Assembly (NCBI RefSeq): GCF_000757865.1
Contig: NZ_CP007754.1
Coordinates: 1,590,001-1,622,000 of the forward strand
Length of the DNA: 32,000 nucleotides
Reading direction: 5' to 3'
Source of the DNA: Prochlorococcus sp. MIT 0801
GTDB taxonomy: Bacteria; Cyanobacteriota; Cyanobacteriia; PCC-6307; Cyanobiaceae
Part shown: one piece after another, positions 26,745 to 32,000 of the stretch
Layout of the letters: every line of letters begins with the position of its first letter
Position numbering within the stretch: position 1 is the first letter of the stretch
Program-made: the position numbers and the translations under genes
The notes under the pieces: generated by a model
Told to the model about the DNA's origin: nothing
Databases searched by the model: none
Seen by the model: only the letters and a program-made list of their open reading frames with translations

Positions 26745-27254
26745 ATGAAACTCAATTTTGTACCGGTTAATATTTTTCGAGAGACTCCTGAAGTAACTTT
26801 TTTAGATGCCAGTGTTCAAGATTCAAATGGTAGTGACGTTGTTATTCATAGAGGAGGAGCAACTTCACCACCTGATTTAAATAGCTTCGAGCAATATTAT
26901 GTACACTATCATCAAACAGATAATAATCTGGTACTTGAGGGAGATAGGATTTTCACGCTATTAAATCCTCTTTGGGATGAACCTCATCATATAATTTATC
27001 TCAATAGATTCATGGGTGCACTACAAATACCTATAGGTACTTTTCATAGATCAATATCTGGAAAGGATGGAAGTATTGTTATCAATCAGGCAATCAGAGA
27101 TAAACAATTTGAGGCGAAAACAGAATTTAATCCTATAAGTATTGAAAATAGAATTGATCTACAAATAGCAAAGTCTAAAGAACCTATTATCTGGTTATGG
27201 AAAGATGGAGAAATTAAGCGAATAAAAGATTCTCTATTCCTGAAAGTAGCTTAA
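26745..27254 (+). CDS. cupin-fold protein, unknown function
   Basis: 169 aa. VHYHQTDNNLVLEG resembles cupin motif 1 (HxH...). GALQIPIGTFHRSIS closely follows cupin motif 2 (G..PxGxxHxxx). Confidence 0.55.
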   Translation: MKLNFVPVNIFRETPEVTFLDASVQDSNGSDVVIHRGGATSPPDLNSFEQYYVHYHQTDNNLVLEGDRIFTLLNPLWDEPHHIIYLNRFMGALQIPIGTFHRSISGKDGSIVINQAIRDKQFEAKTEFNPISIENRIDLQIAKSKEPIIWLWKDGEIKRIKDSLFLKVA

Positions 27255-27562
27255 CTTGAGTATTCCTTAAAAAAATTAATTAAATAGATATAGTATCTAA
27301 GAAATATTTATTTTAAATACTATTTCTAGGAATAAAACAAATAATACAGTTGTCATTGCAATCCTGCCATGAACTATTTCAGTTTTGCTTAGTCTCTCGA
27401 AAGACATGAACTAAAAACAAGCTAGTCAGGTTATAACAAAGTAAATAAATCGAACAAGTATCCAAAAATGCTTTTTTCAGGTTAATTAAATTATTCAATT
27501 TTATTTATAAAAAAAAGACTACTACCCAAAAGATATTGTATCTTTTATGACAGACTAAAATA

Positions 27563-27581
27563 GTATGATAATTAATCATAC
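27563..27581. promoter_or_regulatory. 19-bp near-perfect palindrome (Fur-family-operator-like) just upstream of the zinc-ribbon mini-ORF
   Basis: In GTATGATAA-T-TAATCATAC, 8 of the 9 arm positions are complementary. It ends 20 nt before ATG 27601 and overlaps a TAGTAT -10-like hexamer. Confidence 0.35.
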
Positions 27582-27600
27582 AAAAAATATTAAGTAATAA

Positions 27601-27744
27601 ATGAGTCCACTCTTTAAATGCCTTGGCTGTGGACAAAATATCGAAAGGTCAACAAAGACTTTTTGGAAAAAGAAAGGCCATATTCTTTGCTCTACTTGCC
27701 AAGACAGAATAGAGAAAGAGACTGCTTTCTCTCAAACAAAATAG
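27601..27744 (+). CDS. C4 zinc-ribbon mini-protein (47 aa)
   Basis: Hand-translated as MSPLFKCLGCGQNIERSTKTFWKKKGHILCSTCQDRIEKETAFSQTK. The two CxxC pairs are spaced 20 residues apart. It converges on urtE. Confidence 0.45.
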   Translation: MSPLFKCLGCGQNIERSTKTFWKKKGHILCSTCQDRIEKETAFSQTK

Positions 27745-27746
27745 AC

Positions 27747-28454
27747 TTAAACACTAAGGAATTTCTCTACCACCGCTTTACTTAATTCACTAGTTGGGCC
27801 ATTTGCCACTATTCCTCCACGTTGCATTGCATAATAACGATCAGCTTGCCTCACAAAATGCAGATGTTGCTCTACTAATAAAACTCCAACACCAGTCTCA
27901 CTAATAATCCTTTTGACTGCTGACTCAATATCTTGAACGATATTCGGTTGTATTCCTTCAGTTGGTTCATCAAGTAAAAGCAACTTTGGTTTTCCCAGTA
28001 GTGCTCGCGCAATGGCAAGTTGTTGCTGTTGTCCACCGCTTAAGTCACCCCCTTTACGATCTAGAAATTGTTTTAAGACAGGGAATAGTTCATATACAAG
28101 TTCATCAATCTTTTTATGTTTTGCTAAACCTCCAGGCAAAGCTTCCAGTCCAAGTTGAAGATTTTCCTCGACAGTTAAATAAGGTATTATTTCTCGTCCT
28201 TGAGGAACATATCCAATTCCTGAACGAGCTCTTTGATGAGGTAGCTTTCTATTTACTAAATCTCCATTAAAAATAATCTCTCCACGCCGTGGAGTTAATA
28301 AACCTATTAAGGATTTAAGCAAAGTTGTTTTACCTACTCCATTTCGACCTATAAGACAAATCATCTCACCTTGATTGATATTCATATCAACATCTCGAAG
28401 GATATGACTCTCGCCATAATATGTATTCAAGCCTTTTATCTGTAGCATAGTCAT
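27747..28454 (-). CDS. urtE: urea ABC transporter ATP-binding protein UrtE
   Basis: 235 aa. Walker A GRNGVGKTT, LSGGQQQQLAIARAL, LLLDEP. It is the last gene of the urtABCDE order. Confidence 0.92.
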   Translation of the reverse strand: MTMLQIKGLNTYYGESHILRDVDMNINQGEMICLIGRNGVGKTTLLKSLIGLLTPRRGEIIFNGDLVNRKLPHQRARSGIGYVPQGREIIPYLTVEENLQLGLEALPGGLAKHKKIDELVYELFPVLKQFLDRKGGDLSGGQQQQLAIARALLGKPKLLLLDEPTEGIQPNIVQDIESAVKRIISETGVGVLLVEQHLHFVRQADRYYAMQRGGIVANGPTSELSKAVVEKFLSV

Positions 28455-29206
28455 TATTCTTCCTCCTCAGATTGTCCTAGATAAACCTCTATCACCAAAG
28501 GATCTTTTTGTATTTCGCTCATAGAGCCTTCCTTCAATACATGTCCTTGGTGTAAAACACTCACAGGGCAATCAAGTCTACGAATAAATTCCATATCATG
28601 ATCAATAACTAAAACAGTATGATCACCCGCTAGAGATTTAAGAAGATCAGCAGTTAAATCTGTTTCTTCATCAGTCAAGCCAGCCACAGGTTCATCAACT
28701 AGTAACAGGTCAGGGTCTTGTCCAACTAGCATAGCGATCTCAAGCCATTGTTTTTGACCATGAGAGAGAGCTCCTGCCCTGATATTGGCTTTTGATTGAA
28801 GGTTCACAATGCTCATCAAATGTTGCATTTGATCTAATTGCTTAACCTTTAAATTATCAATCAATAATGAAAAAGGAGTTTTAGGCCTGCTAACTGATAG
28901 AGCTAGATTTTCTCGAACAGATAGATTTTCAAATATCCTAGGACTTTGAAATTTTCTTCCGATCCCTTTACGCGCTATACGAAACTCCTTTTGACCAAGC
29001 AACGATTTTTCTTTAAAAATCACATCACCTTTTGTCGGTAATACTTTGCCAGTAATTACATCTAAAAATGTAGTTTTACCAGCGCCATTGGGACCAATAA
29101 CTGCTCTAAGATCGCCTTTATTCAAAACCAGATCAAGATCTCTAAGTGCAAGAAATCCTTCAAAGCTAACTGAGATTTTTTTTAGCTCTAGCAATGGAGA
29201 ACTCAT
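28454..29206 (-). CDS. urtD: urea ABC transporter ATP-binding protein UrtD
   Basis: 250 aa. GPNGAGKTT, LSHGQKQWLEIAM, LLVDEP. Its stop overlaps the urtE start by 1 nt. Confidence 0.92.
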   Translation of the reverse strand: MSSPLLELKKISVSFEGFLALRDLDLVLNKGDLRAVIGPNGAGKTTFLDVITGKVLPTKGDVIFKEKSLLGQKEFRIARKGIGRKFQSPRIFENLSVRENLALSVSRPKTPFSLLIDNLKVKQLDQMQHLMSIVNLQSKANIRAGALSHGQKQWLEIAMLVGQDPDLLLVDEPVAGLTDEETDLTADLLKSLAGDHTVLVIDHDMEFIRRLDCPVSVLHQGHVLKEGSMSEIQKDPLVIEVYLGQSEEEE

Positions 29207-30330
29207 GATTTCACCTCACCTTGTTCATTAACTTCAAGACTTGGATATGTCTCCAGTTTTTTAGTAATTCCAATTAAAAAGAGTAATTTCTTTAGACCTC
29301 CTTTTCGGATCCATCCAAGTACCCCTTCTGGAAGAGCTGTTACAACAAGAATAAATAATCCACCTTGAATAAACATCCAGCTTGCTGGTAATGCTTCACT
29401 CACTAAACTTTTTGCATAATTGATAAAAACAGCTCCAAGAATTGCGCCTAGCAAAGTTCCTCTACCCCCAACCGCAACCCAAACGACCATTTCGATAGAG
29501 AACGGGACAGTCATAAATTGAGGAGAAACTATTCCAGATTGAACTGTGTACAAAGCCCCTGAAATTCCAGCTAAGCCTCCTGCTATTGAGAAAATTATTG
29601 TTTTAAAAATTACTGGATTATATCCAGTGAAACGAACTCGAGCTTCATCATCTCTAATTCCGATAAGGATATTTCCAAATCTATCTCGAACAATCCACCT
29701 CGCAAAAACCCATGCAAATATTACTAAAATAGCTGATATCCAAAAGAACCATCTTTGCATTATTTCAGAACCTACCATTTGTCCAAAAAGTTGAGTTACG
29801 TCTGTTTTTAAACCATTTGTTCCATTTATCAATTTCTGTTGACCATTAAAGAAATTGAAAAAAACCAAAAGAGCCGCTTGTGTAAGGATTGAAAAATAAA
29901 CACCTTTAATTCTATTTCTAAAAACTAAATAACCTAGAAGACCAGCAATTATTGCTGGAAGCAACCAAATGGAAATAAGAGTAAAAATTGAACTTTTAAA
30001 AGGTTCCCAGAAAAATGGAAGTTTTTCGACTCCATATAAACCAAAAAACTCGGGGATACCATTTGGAAATTGTCCTGAACTATTCAATTGGAGGAACATT
30101 GCAGCGCAATATCCACCAAGAGCAAAGAAAATTCCTTGGCCTAAGCTCAACATTCCTGTAAATCCCCAAATCAAATCAACTCCTAGAGCCACTATTGCAA
30201 GAGATAGATATCTACCTAAGAGATTTAATCTAAAAACAGGAAGTAATGTAGGAGCAGCAATAATTAATGCAATGATTATCACCCAAATAGTTAAGTGAAT
30301 CCAACTTTTTTTTGTAGAAAAAATACTCAT
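29203..30330 (-). CDS. urtC: urea ABC transporter permease UrtC
   Basis: 375 aa, polytopic, branched-chain-amino-acid-type permease. It overlaps the urtD start by 4 nt. Confidence 0.92.
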   Translation of the reverse strand: MSIFSTKKSWIHLTIWVIIIALIIAAPTLLPVFRLNLLGRYLSLAIVALGVDLIWGFTGMLSLGQGIFFALGGYCAAMFLQLNSSGQFPNGIPEFFGLYGVEKLPFFWEPFKSSIFTLISIWLLPAIIAGLLGYLVFRNRIKGVYFSILTQAALLVFFNFFNGQQKLINGTNGLKTDVTQLFGQMVGSEIMQRWFFWISAILVIFAWVFARWIVRDRFGNILIGIRDDEARVRFTGYNPVIFKTIIFSIAGGLAGISGALYTVQSGIVSPQFMTVPFSIEMVVWVAVGGRGTLLGAILGAVFINYAKSLVSEALPASWMFIQGGLFILVVTALPEGVLGWIRKGGLKKLLFLIGITKKLETYPSLEVNEQGEVKS

Positions 30331-30333
30331 AAG

Positions 30334-31491
30334 TTAAGACTCCACCATTCTTCCTTTTTGAGGGAACATCCCAGTTGGTCGGAATTGCAAGAATATGACT
30401 ATTAGTGCAAATATCATCACTCTAGCCATACTTGTTGTCGCAAAAAAATCTATTGTTGATGCCAGAGGTGAAGGCATATCTGGCCAAATGGTAAGGAGTC
30501 TCCCTGCTCCAATTAAATCAGTCATAATTCCTATAGAGAAAGAAGCAAGAATTGTGCCTAGCAAATTACCTACTCCACCAAGAACGACAACCATAAAACA
30601 TCCAACAATATAATTTCCGCCAACATTTGGGCCTACTGAACCAAGAAGTGAAACGGCAACACCAGCGACACCAGCAAGACCAGAGCCAATTCCAAAAGTA
30701 ATAATATCTACTGTTTCTGTTGATATACCTAAACAATCACTCATAGGTCTATTTTGAGTTACTGCTCTAATTCTCATTCCCCACGCTGTTTTATCAAGAA
30801 AGAAAATCACTACTAAAACAGATATTACGGTGATAAGGATTATTAATAAACGTGTTTTAGGAAAAGTAATTCCAACAAAATCTATTCCACCTCTCATCCA
30901 AGAAGGGGCAGTAACATCAACATTTCTTGCACTTGCGCGACTGAGTTTACTTACTAAAGAAGATAAAATACCTCCTGTTGTGACACCTAGCAAGGCAGAA
31001 AAGCCCCAGGTACATGCCCTTATTAATTTACCTTTTGCGCCAGAAAGTAAGTCATCAGAAATAAATAATGGCGAAAACAATCCAAAGAAAAGTGCTACAA
31101 CCAAACCACTTCCATAAGCCAGAGGAACACTTCTAACAAATTGTTGAAGTATTAGGCTAACTCCCCATGTAGCTAAAAGTGTTTCAAGAGGACTTCCATA
31201 GAGACGTCTAATAACTGTTCGTTCTAAAAGAATCCCAACTGTTCCACTAACTAAAAAAGCAATAAAAATAGCTACTATGACATACGAATCATAAAAAGGT
31301 TTTAAAAAAGAAACTTGTTTAAAAATTAATTGAGTTATGTATGTTGAATAAGCACCAAGCATCATCAATTCGCCATGAGCAAGATTGATGACACCCATTA
31401 AACCGAAGACAATTGCTAGTCCCAGTGCTGCGACAAGCAAAACTGAGCCAATAGCAACGCCATTAAAGAGGCTTTCAAGAAAAAGTTGCAC
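30334..31491 (-). CDS. urtB: urea ABC transporter permease UrtB
   Basis: 385 aa polytopic permease, LivH-like, positioned between urtA and urtC. Confidence 0.92.
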   Translation of the reverse strand: MQLFLESLFNGVAIGSVLLVAALGLAIVFGLMGVINLAHGELMMLGAYSTYITQLIFKQVSFLKPFYDSYVIVAIFIAFLVSGTVGILLERTVIRRLYGSPLETLLATWGVSLILQQFVRSVPLAYGSGLVVALFFGLFSPLFISDDLLSGAKGKLIRACTWGFSALLGVTTGGILSSLVSKLSRASARNVDVTAPSWMRGGIDFVGITFPKTRLLIILITVISVLVVIFFLDKTAWGMRIRAVTQNRPMSDCLGISTETVDIITFGIGSGLAGVAGVAVSLLGSVGPNVGGNYIVGCFMVVVLGGVGNLLGTILASFSIGIMTDLIGAGRLLTIWPDMPSPLASTIDFFATTSMARVMIFALIVIFLQFRPTGMFPQKGRMVES

Positions 31492-31515
31492 TAGCTTGGT
31501 TGTTTTTTTAAAGAA

Positions 31516-31539
31516 ATAAGGAGCCCGAAGGCTCCTTAT
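31516..31539 (-). terminator. perfect 10-bp hairpin with a UUCG tetraloop between urtA and urtB (attenuator or partial terminator)
   Basis: On the + strand this reads ATAAGGAGCC-cgaa-GGCTCCTTAT. On the coding (minus) strand the loop is TTCG and the stem is followed by TTCTTTAAAAAAA, which is only partly U-rich. Confidence 0.55.
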
Positions 31540-31568
31540 TAGAATCTATTTATAAGTCAAAAATTGAA

Positions 31569-32000
31569 TTACATCCTATATTTTTCACCTTTCTTAGGAT
31601 CAGTCCAATCACAAGCATAACCTTTTGAACTTGGATGTTTTTGGTTCCATGCTTGTGGCTCAACTACTCCAGTTTCTTCAAGGATTGTAAATCCACCTTC
31701 AGAGTTGATTTCACCGATTCTCACTGTTTGAGATAGATGATGATTTGGCATAACTTCTACTGGTCCTTGTGGAGCATCGAATGTCTGGCCAACCAATGCT
31801 TCTCTAACAGCATTGTCATCAAATGTACCTGCATCTTCAACTGCCTGCTTCCAAAGGTAAACCATATTGTAAGCAGATTCTTGAGGATCAGCTACAACAC
31901 GGTCGCTACCCCATCTCTTCTTAAAGCTCTTAGCAAATTTCTTTGAGGCTGGAGTATCAATAGACATCATGTAGTTCCAAGCACCATAATGCCCCTCAAG
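31569..32000 (-). CDS. urtA: urea ABC transporter substrate-binding protein UrtA (C-terminal part; the 5' end is beyond the window)
   Basis: The frame stays open upstream of the track's Met to the window edge (..LEGHYGAWNYMMSIDTP..). The C-terminal sequence ..PNHHLSQTVRIGEIN..AWNQ..YACDW is UrtA-like. Confidence 0.9.
   Translation of the reverse strand, partial: LEGHYGAWNYMMSIDTPASKKFAKSFKKRWGSDRVVADPQESAYNMVYLWKQAVEDAGTFDDNAVREALVGQTFDAPQGPVEVMPNHHLSQTVRIGEINSEGGFTILEETGVVEPQAWNQKHPSSKGYACDWTDPKKGEKYRM

Noticed and set aside
27563-27581. The palindrome read as an NtcA site, which was tempting because the urt genes are N-regulated.
   Set aside because: NtcA sites are GTA-N8-TAC, and this element is GTA-N13-TAC. 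It also lies downstream of urtE, not upstream of urtA.
27962-31946. Plus-strand ORFs across the urt operon (27962-28270, 29046-29231, 29546-29794, 29969-30298, 30395-30613, 30830-31117, 31737-31946).
   Set aside because: They are antisense to the highly conserved urtA-E genes. They are hydrophobic or low-complexity mirror translations.

Overview
This is an AT-rich cyanobacterial chromosome segment. Gene order and protein sequences look like a marine picocyanobacterium, probably a Prochlorococcus of the low-light NATL type; that is inferred from memory, not from a search. Positions 1-11 kb hold housekeeping genes: rpsT (partial), hisD, rpiA, an HtrA-type protease, the rimP-nusA-ylxR-infB operon, tRNA-Thr(CGU) and folE. 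Positions 11.3-23.8 kb hold the most interesting part, a dense metal (apparently zinc) cluster built around a Fur-family regulator (zur) and znuABC. It contains a degenerate G3E/COG0523-like P-loop protein with two atypical metallophosphoesterases. It also has a secreted protein, a frameshifted porin with His-rich and (GGM)n tracts, and two proteins sharing a Cys/His/Met 'WMPC' mini-domain. The remaining members are an RHH plus Cys-rich protein, znuB, zur, znuC, a very long znuA, a small ORF, a long COG0523 GTPase and a translationally coupled WD40 protein. The key observation is that one ~105-aa module is inserted into both the periplasmic ZnuA and the cytoplasmic COG0523 protein, at the position of their His-rich loops. 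A 22-nt operator-like sequence in the znuC/znuA intergenic region recurs upstream of the G3E-like/phosphoesterase operon (18/22 identical). Positions 23.85-27.75 kb form a very AT-rich islet of small or orphan genes, including a phage-type 2OG-Fe(II) oxygenase, a DUF4278-like peptide, a cupin and a C4 zinc-ribbon mini-protein. Positions 27.75-32 kb hold the urea ABC transporter urtEDCB plus the 3' part of urtA on the minus strand. I saw no CRISPR array, transposase or integrase.
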